Positions 19,309-28,648 of a DNA stretch of 34,761 nucleotides are shown here, piece after piece. Numbering within the stretch: position 1 is the first letter of the stretch; each line of letters opens with the position of its first letter. The translations under genes and the position numbers were made by a program. The notes below the pieces were generated by a model that was not told where the DNA came from, made no database searches, and worked only from the letters and a program-made list of their open reading frames with translations. This stretch comes from Eubacteriales bacterium (lineage in GTDB: Bacteria > Bacillota > Clostridia > Oscillospirales > CAG-272), in assembly GCA_045636245.1 (NCBI GenBank), contig JAZTXA010000094.1, positions 1-34,761 of the forward strand. Reading direction: 5' to 3'.

Positions 19309-20214
19309 ATGGCATTTTTTGATAAACTCAAAGCAGGTCTTGCAAAAACAAAGGACGCACTTTTCGGCAAAGTCAAAGATCTGTTTATAAACATGAGAGA
19401 GGTCGATGAGGACCTGTTCGACGAGCTGGAGGAAATACTCATAACAGCCGATGTAGGCGTTGCGGGCACAGAGAAGATACTTGAAAAGCTCCGTTACATC
19501 GTAAAGGCTGAAAAAATAACGGATAGCGAAAGAGTATACGATGAGCTTAAAAAAATAATTGCAGAGATGATAGGCGACGGCGACGGACTTGATCTTTCAA
19601 CGACTCCCTCCGTTATCCTCGTTATCGGCGTAAACGGCGTCGGCAAAACGACATCTATTGCAAAAATTGCAAACAACCTCAAATCCGAGGGTAAAAAGGT
19701 CGTTTTGGCGGCGGCGGACACATTCCGTGCGGCGGCAATTGACCAGCTTCAGATCTGGGCTGACAGAATCGGGGTTGACATAATCAAGCATGCAGAGGGC
19801 TCCGACCCTGCGGCGGTCGTATACGATGCCGTCAATGCCGCAAAGGCAAAGCGTGCCGACGTGCTTATCGTTGACACTGCAGGACGTCTTCACAACAAGA
19901 AAAATCTTATGGATGAGCTTGCGAAGATAAACCGTGTTATCTCGCGTGAAGCACCCGACTCATCCCGTGAAACGCTTCTTGTTCTCGATGCCACAACAGG
20001 ACAGAATGCGATAATTCAGGCAAAAGAATTCAAAAATGCCGCAGATATTACAGGTCTTGTGCTTACAAAGCTTGACGGTACGGCAAAGGGCGGTATCGTA
20101 ATTTCCATTAAAGAGGAGCTCGGTATCCCCGTTAAATACATCGGCGTCGGTGAAAAGGCGGACGATATGCAGCCGTTTGCCTCAGAAGATTTTGTGAGGG
20201 CTTTGTTTGAATGA
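19309..20214 (+). CDS. ftsY: SRP receptor FtsY
   Basis: GVNGVGKTT, DTFRAAA, DTAGRL, TKLDGTAKGG. Confidence 0.98.
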   Translation: MAFFDKLKAGLAKTKDALFGKVKDLFINMREVDEDLFDELEEILITADVGVAGTEKILEKLRYIVKAEKITDSERVYDELKKIIAEMIGDGDGLDLSTTPSVILVIGVNGVGKTTSIAKIANNLKSEGKKVVLAAADTFRAAAIDQLQIWADRIGVDIIKHAEGSDPAAVVYDAVNAAKAKRADVLIVDTAGRLHNKKNLMDELAKINRVISREAPDSSRETLLVLDATTGQNAIIQAKEFKNAADITGLVLTKLDGTAKGGIVISIKEELGIPVKYIGVGEKADDMQPFASEDFVRALFE

Positions 20215-20801
20215 CGGAATTTGTACTTGCTTCAAACAATAAGAAAAAAATAAAGGAGCTTTACGATATCTTATCAGAAAAGCTTCCGGATATAAAAATT
20301 CTGTCCTTATCCGACATAGGTTACACCGACGACATTGTTGAAGACGGAAAAACATTTGCCGAAAACGCCAGAATAAAGGCAAGCGTGCCGGCAAGACTCG
20401 GATATATCGGAATTGCCGATGATTCGGGGCTGTGTGTCGATCATTTAGGCGGTGAGCCGGGAATATATTCAGCCCGTTATTCGGGAAATGGCGACAAAGC
20501 GAATAACGCAAAGCTTCTGGAAAACCTCAAGGGTGTACCTGCCGAGCGTCGAACAGCCCATTTTATGTGCGCCATCTGCTGTGTTTTCCCCGACGGACGT
20601 GTGATTGAAGCCGAGGGACGGGCAGAGGGGATAATACTTGAAGAGGAAAAGGGTGACGGCGGCTTCGGATACGATCCGTTATTCTACTTCCCCGGACTTT
20701 CAAAAACATTTTCAGAGCTTTCCTCCGAGGAAAAAAATAAAATAAGCCACAGGGCAAACGCACTTAAGCAGTTTGCAAAGAAAATAGGAGAATTATGTTA
20801 A
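20211..20801 (+). CDS. rdgB: Non-canonical purine NTP pyrophosphatase (HAM1 family)
   Basis: ASNNKKK, ADDSGL, PGIYSARY, GFGYDP, SHRA. Confidence 0.95.
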   Translation: MTEFVLASNNKKKIKELYDILSEKLPDIKILSLSDIGYTDDIVEDGKTFAENARIKASVPARLGYIGIADDSGLCVDHLGGEPGIYSARYSGNGDKANNAKLLENLKGVPAERRTAHFMCAICCVFPDGRVIEAEGRAEGIILEEEKGDGGFGYDPLFYFPGLSKTFSELSSEEKNKISHRANALKQFAKKIGELC

Positions 20802-21100
20802 CATCAAAGCAAAGGGCATTTTTAAGGGCTAAAGCACAGCCGCTTGCCCCCATTTTTCAGATAGGCAAAAATGAAATCGGCGAAAATATGATAAAGCAGA
20901 TATCGGATGCACTGACCGCGCATGAGCTTGTAAAGGTTCACGTTTTGGAAAACTCACCCTACACAGCAAGAGAAGCGTGTGATATCGTGTGCGAGGAAAC
21001 GGGCGCCGACGGCGTTTCCGTGCTCGGCGCAAAGTTTGTCATTTACCGTGAAACACAGGATAAAAAACGCCGCGAAACACGCATAATACTTCCCAAATGA
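20795..21100 (+). CDS. yhbY: CRM-domain RNA-binding protein
   Basis: MLTSKQRAFLR, QIGK, HELVKV. Confidence 0.93.
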   Translation: MLTSKQRAFLRAKAQPLAPIFQIGKNEIGENMIKQISDALTAHELVKVHVLENSPYTAREACDIVCEETGADGVSVLGAKFVIYRETQDKKRRETRIILPK

Positions 21101-21708
21101 GGAAGGAAAGAATAGGCATTTACGGAGGCACGTTTGCCCCGCCCCACAATGGACATATAAAGGCGGCACGGCATTTTATAAAATGTGCAAAGCTTGATAA
21201 GCTTTTGATCACTGTCACATACACCCCTCCGCACAAGCAGGTCAGGGGCGATGATGATCCCGATATGAGGCTCGATATGGCGCGCCTTGCCTTCGGAAAA
21301 ATCAAAAAAGCCGTAGTTTCCGATTATGAGATAGAAAAAGAAGGGGTAAGCTATACAAAGGACACACTCCGCCATTTTAAAAGCGAGGATAATGAGCTTT
21401 ATTTGCTCGTCGGTGACGATATGTTTTTAACTCTTGACGAGTGGAAAGCCCCCGAGGAAATATTTGCCCTTGCCACGGTTGTCTGCTTTCCCAGGGAAAA
21501 GGATGGGGACATATATGATGCCATACAAAGAAAAAAATCGGAATATGAAGAAAAGTTTTCCGCACGTGTTATGACACCCGAATACCCGCCTTACGAAATG
21601 TCGTCAACAGAGATCAGAAATGACGTTAAGTGCGGGCGCAGTATTGCAAAAAAAGTGTCAAAAGAAGTGCGTGAGTATATAAACGAACATGGACTTTACA
21701 GAACTTGA
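21097..21708 (+). CDS. nadD: Nicotinate-nucleotide adenylyltransferase
   Basis: GIYGGTFAPPHNGH, PPHK, SYT, SSTEIR; lies in the yhbY-nadD-yqeK-rsfS order. Confidence 0.93.
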   Translation: MRKERIGIYGGTFAPPHNGHIKAARHFIKCAKLDKLLITVTYTPPHKQVRGDDDPDMRLDMARLAFGKIKKAVVSDYEIEKEGVSYTKDTLRHFKSEDNELYLLVGDDMFLTLDEWKAPEEIFALATVVCFPREKDGDIYDAIQRKKSEYEEKFSARVMTPEYPPYEMSSTEIRNDVKCGRSIAKKVSKEVREYINEHGLYRT

Positions 21709-22327
21709 TTATATAAATGAGCTTCACAGGACGGCAGCCCGTGAGCTTTCGGAAAAACGCCTTGCCCACGTTGTGTCGGTTGCAAAAACAGCATTTGAAA
21801 TATGTCAGCTTTTAAACCTTTCGTATGAAGAAACACGAAAAACGGTCACAGCGGCATATTTACACGATATAACCAAAGAAAAAAGCAAAGAAGAGCATTT
21901 TGAAATTTGCAAAAGAAACGGAATCGTTTTAAGTGACGACGACAAACGTGCCGATGAGGTACTGCATCAGATAACGGGCGCACCTTACGCGCGTGAGCTT
22001 TTGAAGGGTGCTGTCTGCCCGACAGTTTACGGGGCAATATCCCGCCATTGTACGGGAGAGTGCGGAATGAGCATTTACGAAAAAATAGTGTTTTTGTCCG
22101 ATTATATCGAGCCGACACGGCAAAACGAATACTGCAAGTCTTTAAATAACTTCTTTTTTAACGAATGTCATGACGGAAATATAGAAAAACATCTTGACAA
22201 AGCAGTGCTTATAGCTTACGATAATACTGTAAGCTATCTTAATAAAAAAGGCGGATTTATACATCCTTCCACCATGCGCGGAAGGTGCGACCAATCAGAA
22301 ACTGTAAACCGAGAAAGGAACGGATAA
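21689..22327 (+). CDS. yqeK: HD-domain Ap4A hydrolase
   Basis: KRLAH, LHDITKE, LH, HCTG, LSDYIEP. Confidence 0.9.
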   Translation: MDFTELDYINELHRTAARELSEKRLAHVVSVAKTAFEICQLLNLSYEETRKTVTAAYLHDITKEKSKEEHFEICKRNGIVLSDDDKRADEVLHQITGAPYARELLKGAVCPTVYGAISRHCTGECGMSIYEKIVFLSDYIEPTRQNEYCKSLNNFFFNECHDGNIEKHLDKAVLIAYDNTVSYLNKKGGFIHPSTMRGRCDQSETVNRERNG

Positions 22328-22330
22328 AAT

Positions 22331-22747
22331 ATGGAAAATATATTTGAAAACATCAGCGAAAATGATCTTCAGATAATCCCAGAGGATCTGACAGATGCCG
22401 AGCCGAAGAAAATAGCCGACAAGATAGTGAACATTCTTGACGTCAAAAAGGGCGGTGACATAAAGCTCCTTGAGGTGCATTCGCGCACGGTAATTGCCGA
22501 TTATTTTGTTATCTGTACGGCAAACTCCACAACGCAGGTAAAGTCGCTTGCTGACGAGCTTGAATATCAGATGACACTCTGTAACACTCCCCCCGCACAC
22601 ACCGACGGAATGGGCAGAGGCGAATGGTCGGTGCTTGATTTTTCATCGGTCATCGTGCACATCTTCATCAAATCGGCAAGAGAATTTTATAAGCTTGATA
22701 AGCTCTGGGGCGAAGCTGTCCCGATTGATATAAGTAACGAAGAATAA
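22331..22747 (+). CDS. rsfS: Ribosome silencing factor
   Basis: [33 protein letters not shown]. Confidence 0.95.
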   Translation: MENIFENISENDLQIIPEDLTDAEPKKIADKIVNILDVKKGGDIKLLEVHSRTVIADYFVICTANSTTQVKSLADELEYQMTLCNTPPAHTDGMGRGEWSVLDFSSVIVHIFIKSAREFYKLDKLWGEAVPIDISNEE

Positions 22748-22766
22748 CCCAAGAAAGGCAAGAATA

Positions 22767-25169
22767 ATGAAATACGATTACACAGGTATTGAGAAAAAAT
22801 GGCAGGACAGATGGGAAGAAAACCACGCTTTTGAAGCGAAGAACGATTATACGCTTCCCAAGTATTACGCGCTTATCGAATTCCCCTATCCCTCCGGACA
22901 AGGTCTTCACATAGGACATCCCCGTCCTTACACAGCACTTGACATCGTTTCGCGTAAGAAGCGTATGCAGGGCTACAACGTCCTTTTCCCTATGGGCTGG
23001 GATGCTTTCGGTCTGCCGACTGAAAACTATGCTATCAAGAACAAAATTCACCCCGCAAAGGTTACGGAAGTAAACGTCGCAAAATTCAAAAAGCAGCTCA
23101 AAATGCTCGGTCTTTCCTTTGACTGGTCACGTGAAATTGACACAACAGACCCGAACTACGTAAAATGGACACAGTGGATATTCCTCCAGCTTTACAAAAA
23201 GGGCTTGGCATACAAAAAGGAAATGTCCGTTAACTTCTGTACATCCTGTAAGGTCGTTTTGGCAAACGAAGAGGTTGTAAACGGCGTTTGTGAGCGTTGC
23301 GGATCGGAAGTAATCAGAAAGGTCAAGAGTCAGTGGATGCTCAAAATTACAGAGTATGCAGACAGACTTATCGACGACCTTGAAGGTCTTGACTTTATTG
23401 AAAGAGTAAAGACACAGGAGATCAACTGGATCGGCCGTTCTTACGGTGCGGAGGTCAAGTTTGAAACGACAGAGGGCGACACAATAACTGTCTACACAAC
23501 ACGCCCCGATACGCTTTTCGGTGCAACATATATGGTTATCGCACCCGAACACGCACTTGTTGAAAAGTGGAAGTCCTCCCTTAAAAATTACGATGATATC
23601 ATCAAATATAAAGAAGATGCCGCAAAGAAGTCCGACTTTGAAAGAACAGAGCTTGTTAAGGACAAAACCGGCGTTATGCTTGACGGTGTCAAGGCAATTA
23701 ACCCCGTAAACGGCAAGGAAATTCCGATATTCGTTTCCGACTACGTGCTTGCTACATACGGCACGGGTGCTATCATGGCGGTTCCCGCACACGACACACG
23801 TGACTGGGAATTTGCAAAGAAATTCGACCTTCCCATAATCGAGGTAGTTGCAGGCGGCGACGTTCAGAACGAAGCTTTCACAGACGTTGAAACAGGTGTT
23901 ATGGTAAACTCGGGCTTCCTTGACGGTATGCAGGTTGCAGAAGCAAAAGAAGCAATAATCAAGTTCTTAACAGAAAAAGGCATAGGCGAAAAGAAGACAA
24001 ACTATAAGCTCCGTGACTGGGTATTCTCCCGTCAGAGATACTGGGGCGAGCCCGTGCCGCTTGTATACTGTGAAAAGTGCGGCTGGGTGCCGATACCCGA
24101 AGAACAGCTCCCCTTAACGCTTCCCGATGTTGAAGCGTATGAGCCTACGGATACGGGCGAATCCCCCTTGGCAAAGGCAACGGATTGGGTAAATACAACT
24201 TGTCCCGCTTGCGGCGGCCACGCAACAAGAGAAACTGACACAATGCCGAACTGGGCAGGCTCGTCATGGTACTTCTTGCGCTACTGTGACCCGAAGAACA
24301 ACGATGCACTTGCCGCAAAGGAAGCGCTTGACTATTGGATGCCCGTTGACTGGTACAACGGCGGTATGGAGCATGTAACACTTCACCTTCTTTACTCACG
24401 TTTCTGGGCAAAGTTCCTTTATGATATCGGCGTTCTTTCCTGTAAAGAACCGTACAAGAAGCGTACAGCGCACGGTATGATACTCGGTGAAAACGGCGAA
24501 AAAATGTCGAAATCGAGAGGAAATGTTATCAACCCCGATGATATCGTAAGAGATTACGGCGCTGACTCCCTCCGTCTTTACGAAATGTTTATAGGTGACT
24601 TTGAAAAGTCCGCACCCTGGTCACAGGCAAGCATCAAGGGCTGTAAGAGATTTTTGGAAAGAGTTGCATCTATCCCCGATATGGTTAAGGGTGAAGGTGT
24701 AACACCGTCACTTGAGGTATCGTTCCACAAGACAATAAAGAAGGTCACAGAAGATATTGACAATATGAAGTTCAATACGGCTATTGCCGCTATGATGAGC
24801 CTCTTGAATGAGATATCCGACGCAGGTTCACTTACAAAGGACGAGGCAAAAACATTCGTAACGCTTCTGTGTCCGTTTGCCCCCCACCTTTGTGAGGAGC
24901 TTTGGGAATACTTCGGCGGCGAGGGCTTCTGTTCCTACGCAAAATGGCCCGAATATGACGAAGCAAAGACAGTTGACAGCACGGTTGAAATAGGTGTTCA
25001 GGTCAACGGTAAAATGAGAGGAACTGTAACGATTCCGAAGGATTGCGATAAGGACACTGCTATGGCGGCAGTTATGGCAAATGAAAGAATTGCAGAGCTT
25101 ATTACGGGAAAGACAGTCGTTAAAGAGATCTACGTCCCCGGAAAGATATTCAATATCGTTGTAAAATAA
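22767..25169 (+). CDS. leuS: Leucine--tRNA ligase
   Basis: [18 protein letters not shown], editing domain TTRPDT/GTGA, KMSKS, VQVNGK. Confidence 0.98.
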   Translation: MKYDYTGIEKKWQDRWEENHAFEAKNDYTLPKYYALIEFPYPSGQGLHIGHPRPYTALDIVSRKKRMQGYNVLFPMGWDAFGLPTENYAIKNKIHPAKVTEVNVAKFKKQLKMLGLSFDWSREIDTTDPNYVKWTQWIFLQLYKKGLAYKKEMSVNFCTSCKVVLANEEVVNGVCERCGSEVIRKVKSQWMLKITEYADRLIDDLEGLDFIERVKTQEINWIGRSYGAEVKFETTEGDTITVYTTRPDTLFGATYMVIAPEHALVEKWKSSLKNYDDIIKYKEDAAKKSDFERTELVKDKTGVMLDGVKAINPVNGKEIPIFVSDYVLATYGTGAIMAVPAHDTRDWEFAKKFDLPIIEVVAGGDVQNEAFTDVETGVMVNSGFLDGMQVAEAKEAIIKFLTEKGIGEKKTNYKLRDWVFSRQRYWGEPVPLVYCEKCGWVPIPEEQLPLTLPDVEAYEPTDTGESPLAKATDWVNTTCPACGGHATRETDTMPNWAGSSWYFLRYCDPKNNDALAAKEALDYWMPVDWYNGGMEHVTLHLLYSRFWAKFLYDIGVLSCKEPYKKRTAHGMILGENGEKMSKSRGNVINPDDIVRDYGADSLRLYEMFIGDFEKSAPWSQASIKGCKRFLERVASIPDMVKGEGVTPSLEVSFHKTIKKVTEDIDNMKFNTAIAAMMSLLNEISDAGSLTKDEAKTFVTLLCPFAPHLCEELWEYFGGEGFCSYAKWPEYDEAKTVDSTVEIGVQVNGKMRGTVTIPKDCDKDTAMAAVMANERIAELITGKTVVKEIYVPGKIFNIVVK

Positions 25170-25219
25170 GCGTTTGTCATATATTTGTCGCATTTTCTGA
25201 AAAAAATAGAAAAAAATAC

Positions 25220-25248
25220 TTGACAATTTAGCGTTTTCGTTATATAAT
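25220..25248 (+). promoter_or_regulatory. Consensus sigmaA promoter of rpsU
   Basis: TTGACA (25220-25225), 17-bp spacer, TATAAT (25243-25248), with an A-rich UP-like tract upstream. Confidence 0.88.
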
Positions 25249-25288
25249 AACACGCAGATGGTTTAAATGCGAAGGGAGGGAATACAAA

Positions 25289-25465
25289 ATGGCAGAAGTC
25301 AGAGTTAAAGAAAACGAAACACTTGACAGTGCTCTTCGCAGATTTAAAAGACAGTGCGCACGTTCCGGAGTTCTTACGGAGCTTCGCAAGAGGGAGCATT
25401 ACGAAAAGCCCAGCGTAAAGCGTAAGAAGAAGTCCGAGGCAGCGAGAAAGCGCAAGTACAAGTAA
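25289..25465 (+). CDS. rpsU: 30S ribosomal protein S21
   Basis: Translated by hand: [58 protein letters not shown] (58 aa, absent from the ORF track); GGGAGG RBS. Confidence 0.97.
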   Translation: MAEVRVKENETLDSALRRFKRQCARSGVLTELRKREHYEKPSVKRKKKSEAARKRKYK

Positions 25466-25498
25466 TTCGTACACCGAAAGCTTTTAAACTTGAACTTA

Positions 25499-25536
25499 AA
25501 AAGCACTTATGATACAAATGTGTCATAAGTGCTTTT
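25499..25536 (+). terminator. Intrinsic terminator after rpsU
   Basis: AAAAGCACTTATGATAC-AAAT-GTGTCATAAGTGCTTTT. Confidence 0.8.
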
Positions 25537-25876
25537 GCGTTTTATAAGGTGATTTGAAAGTATATGTCACAAAAATTCCGCAAGCTCATACAATAAAATC
25601 GGTACCGTAAAAGAAAAATGATTTTTTGACTTATATAATAAAACACATTTTTGGATAAAATATGCAAATAACGCCGTGTTTCGGCAAACTGTTTTTTATG
25701 CCTCATAATATGTAAAATAATCGTTAATTTATCTAACTGCCCCTTTTAAAAATTATACAAATATGGTATAGTTATGTAGAATGTGTTTTTATGCTTTTTT
25801 CATGGTGCCGTAATACGGCGGCTTGCGTGCACCTTTATATATATTACGTGTTTTGCTGTCGGGAAACGGACTTTTT

Positions 25877-27166
25877 ATGGAGAATATTGTTATAAACGGC
25901 GGAAATAAGCTGTTCGGCGAAATAGAAGTCAGTGGAATGAAAAATGCCGCTGTGGGAGTTATTCTTTCCTGCTTGCTCGTCAAGGATACCTGTACCATTG
26001 AAAATCTTCCGAACATAAGCGATGTTATGGCATCGTTTGATATACTTGAAAGCATGGGTGCTGTTGTCAAGCGCCTGTCCGAAACAACTATACAGGTGAA
26101 CTGTACGAACTGTAAATGCGGTACATCCCCGTATGAGCTTGTGCGTAAAATGCGCGCATCATATTATCTTATAGGTGCGGAGCTTGGCAGATTCCACCGT
26201 GCTTCCGTTGGCTGTCCCGGCGGATGCGATTTCGGTGTACGCCCGATTGACCAGCATATAAAGGGCTTTGAAGCACTCGGTGCAAAGGTTTCTGTTGAAG
26301 GCGGATACGTTGAAGCTGTGGCTGAAAACGGTATGATCGGCAATCAGGTGTATTTTGACGGTGTTTCAGTCGGCGCAACGATGAATATCATTATTGCTGC
26401 CGTGCTTGCACAGGGCACAACCGTGATTGAAAATGCGGCAAGAGAGCCTCATATTGTCGACCTTGCAAACTTCCTCAATACGTGCGGTGCAAAGATAACG
26501 GGCGCAGGTACGGATGTTATCAAGATAAAAGGTGTTGAAGCCCTCCACGGCTGTACGTATGCGATAATCCCCGATATGATAGAAGCGGGCACATTTATGA
26601 TCGCGGCGGCGGCAACGGGAGGCAGACTTAAAATAAATAATGTTATTCCCAAGCACCTTGAATCCATAAGCGCAAAGCTTGAGGAAATGGGTGTCACTGT
26701 TGAGGAGCTTGACGATGCCGTTATCGTTTCACGCGACGGTGAGCTTACAAATGTAAATATAAAAACCATGCCGTATCCCGGCTTCCCCACTGATATGAAT
26801 CCGCAGATGTGTGCGCTTTTGTGCCTTGCCAGCGGTACGAGCAGGCTTACAGAAAGCGTATGGGATACGAGATTCCGTTATGTTGAGGAGTTGAAGCGCA
26901 TGGGCGCCTCCATAAAGGTTGACGGTAAGGTTGCTGTTGTGGAAGGTCCCGTTACATTTTCCGCGGCACCCGTCAGGGCGGTTGACTTGCGCGCAGGGGC
27001 GGCTGTCATAATTGCAGGTCTTGCTGCAAAGGGCAGAACGGTGATTGACGACATATACCACATCAAGCGCGGATATGAGGATATCGTAGGCAAGCTCAGG
27101 GCTGTCGGCGCGGATATAAAGGAAGTCACAAGACCCGATCCCGTGCATTACGAAAAAGCAAATTAA
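25877..27166 (+). CDS. murA: UDP-N-acetylglucosamine 1-carboxyvinyltransferase
   Basis: SGMKNA, MRASY, PGGCDFGVRP (active-site Cys retained), PGFPTD, DLRAGA; start set at ATG 25877. Confidence 0.97.
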   Translation: MENIVINGGNKLFGEIEVSGMKNAAVGVILSCLLVKDTCTIENLPNISDVMASFDILESMGAVVKRLSETTIQVNCTNCKCGTSPYELVRKMRASYYLIGAELGRFHRASVGCPGGCDFGVRPIDQHIKGFEALGAKVSVEGGYVEAVAENGMIGNQVYFDGVSVGATMNIIIAAVLAQGTTVIENAAREPHIVDLANFLNTCGAKITGAGTDVIKIKGVEALHGCTYAIIPDMIEAGTFMIAAAATGGRLKINNVIPKHLESISAKLEEMGVTVEELDDAVIVSRDGELTNVNIKTMPYPGFPTDMNPQMCALLCLASGTSRLTESVWDTRFRYVEELKRMGASIKVDGKVAVVEGPVTFSAAPVRAVDLRAGAAVIIAGLAAKGRTVIDDIYHIKRGYEDIVGKLRAVGADIKEVTRPDPVHYEKAN

Positions 27167-27176
27167 CAATTAATAT

Positions 27177-27202
27177 AAAAAATCCCCCGGCGGGGATTTT
27201 TT
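27177..27202 (+). terminator. Intrinsic terminator after murA
   Basis: AAAAAATCCCC-CGGC-GGGGATTTTTT. Confidence 0.85.
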
Positions 27203-27240
27203 GTTTGTTTTATTAAATGTTTGCTTGAGATTTGACATTA

Positions 27241-27293
27241 TATATTTCCGAAGGAAATATGCGCACCCCCGCCGTGGGGGGGCGGGGATGCGC
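27241..27293 (+). repeat. ATATTTCC-GNA-GGAAATAT dispersed element (copy 3)
   Basis: TATATTTCC-GAA-GGAAATATG followed by a GCGCA-CCCCCGCC...GGCGGGG-ATGCGC stem. Confidence 0.8.
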
Positions 27294-27347
27294 TTGTTTG
27301 AAAATGATGTGATTTAAAAATCAATGATGTGCCGCAAGCGGTTTGAT

Positions 27348-27428
27348 GTATTTACCTCGCAAATGTGAAGCAAGCTCCGTTTTTGAAACGGAACTTGTGA
27401 TTTAAGGAATAATTATTGTCTATTATTT
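27348..27428. repeat. Left direct repeat of the 1.22-kb cassette
   Basis: Core 27359-27417 matches 28579-28637 at 57/59 nt; contains the hairpin CAAGCTCCGTTT-TTG-AAACGGARCTTG. Confidence 0.9.
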
Positions 27429-27476
27429 ATTTCAGTGATAACACGGGATATATCATTTGTTTAAGTGAGATAATAA

Positions 27477-28203
27477 TTACCAAGAAAGATCAAAGCTTGC
27501 CCGAAAAGGTTTTCTTTCTTTGTTTACAAGAAAGTCGATCGTAATGTCAATATTAGTAGGTTTTTGTACGCCTAAATCCTTCAAAGGAATTTTTACCCCG
27601 AATCCTGTCAGTGATCCATCATTATACACCTTTTTGGAGGTGTAAATTACCTTTATCGGAATGGTTTTGTCAAATGTATCATTGATCGACGCAGTGCCGA
27701 AATCTCCGTAAAATTCTATTTCATATTTCGATTTACATCCAAGATACATATTGACATTCAGATATCCGTTTTCTACCCATACATCAGAAAAACCTTTTGT
27801 ACCTCGACTGTCATCTGCATCTGACTGCCAAATAAAATCTTCGATACCTTCGATATTCGACATTCTACCGACAGAATCGGAAAGAACATAATAAGCAGGT
27901 CCTTTGCACACATAAAGTGTAACGGGGATACCTTCTTCCACTTCACTGCCGATGGCAGGTTCGGTGCGGATAACCAAATTGCAGTGATAATCGTTATTGT
28001 ATTCATATTCCACTCTTGGTATCAAGCCCTTATTTAATAAAAGAGTTTTGGCGGTGTTTACATCTGATTTTTCAATATCGGGAATTTTTACTGTTTTTAC
28101 AGTCGGTAAATTTGTTTCATGAGTTTTCAGACATGCACATATGCTTGTACAACAAAAAAAACACCATTACTAAAGAAATCATACGATAAAATGCTTTAAC
28201 CAG
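27477..28203 (-). pseudogene. PASTA-domain lipoprotein, frameshifted (+1) at a T8 tract in the signal peptide
   Basis: The frame continues upstream of ORF 28025 as VKIPDIEKSDVNTAKTLLLNKGLIPRVEYEY...VIRTEPAIGSEVEEGIPVTLYVCKG (PASTA). The signal peptide MISLVMVFF is in another frame; removing one base from A8 (28154-28161) joins it to CCTSICAC (lipobox). Span is 727 nt = 3n+1. Confidence 0.75.
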
Positions 28204-28222
28204 TTAAATCACCCTTATAAGA

Positions 28223-28277
28223 TTTATGTAACAAAATGTTACATAAACAGCATAACATAATGTTACAATAAAGTCAA
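28223..28277 (-). promoter_or_regulatory. sigmaA promoter overlapped by twin palindromic operators
   Basis: Minus strand TTGACT (28277-28272), 17-bp spacer, TG-n-TATGCT (28254-28249). Operators TTTATGTAACA-AAA-TGTTACATAAA (28223-28247) and TAACA-TAA-TGTTA (28253-28265). Confidence 0.75.
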
Positions 28278-28288
28278 GGGGTGATTAT

Positions 28289-28492
28289 GTGATCGGGTTG
28301 AAAAAAATTCGCAAACAACGAAAACTCAGCCAGCAAAAGATTGCTATGGATTTGAATATTTCAAGAGAAGCGTTGTCATATTATGAGAACGGAAAACGAG
28401 AACCGTCTTTAAGGCTTTTACTCCAAATGTCGGATTATTTCAATGTGTCAATAAATTATTTGATAACAGGCGAAGAATTTGAGAAAAAATGA
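28289..28492 (+). CDS. XRE-family HTH transcriptional regulator
   Basis: LKKIRKQRKLSQQKIAMDLNISREALSYYENGKREPS...YFNVSINYLITG; GTG start after AAGGGGTGA. Confidence 0.92.
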   Translation: MIGLKKIRKQRKLSQQKIAMDLNISREALSYYENGKREPSLRLLLQMSDYFNVSINYLITGEEFEKK

Positions 28493-28527
28493 ACCTATTT
28501 TTCTGAAGAAAATACAGGTTCATTTTT
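28485..28527 (+). terminator. Probable terminator after the XRE gene
   Basis: AAAAATGAACCT...AGGTTCATTTTT imperfect hairpin followed by a T tract. Confidence 0.6.
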
Positions 28528-28536
28528 GTTTTTTAG

Positions 28537-28648
28537 TGAAGCATCACTCGCACGCTTGTGATGAGAAGTATTTGCTTTGCAAATGTGAAGCAAGCTCCGT
28601 TTTTGAAACGGAGCTTGTGATTTAAGGAACAATTATTCTTTCTTATTT
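28537..28648. repeat. TGAAG-spaced hairpin array plus right direct repeat of the cassette
   Basis: 28537-28568 is an inverted near-copy of 13760-13791; 28568-28648 repeats 27348-27428 and probably contains the terminator of the NAGPA operon. Confidence 0.85.

Noticed and set aside
22748-22766. T-box leader for leuS
   Set aside because: Only 19 bp separate rsfS and leuS, leaving no room.
25130-25474. 114-aa minus-strand ORF
   Set aside because: Antisense to rpsU and its promoter.
27348-28648. Prophage, IS or classical integron
   Set aside because: No integrase, transposase or phage gene, and canonical attC features could not be supported.
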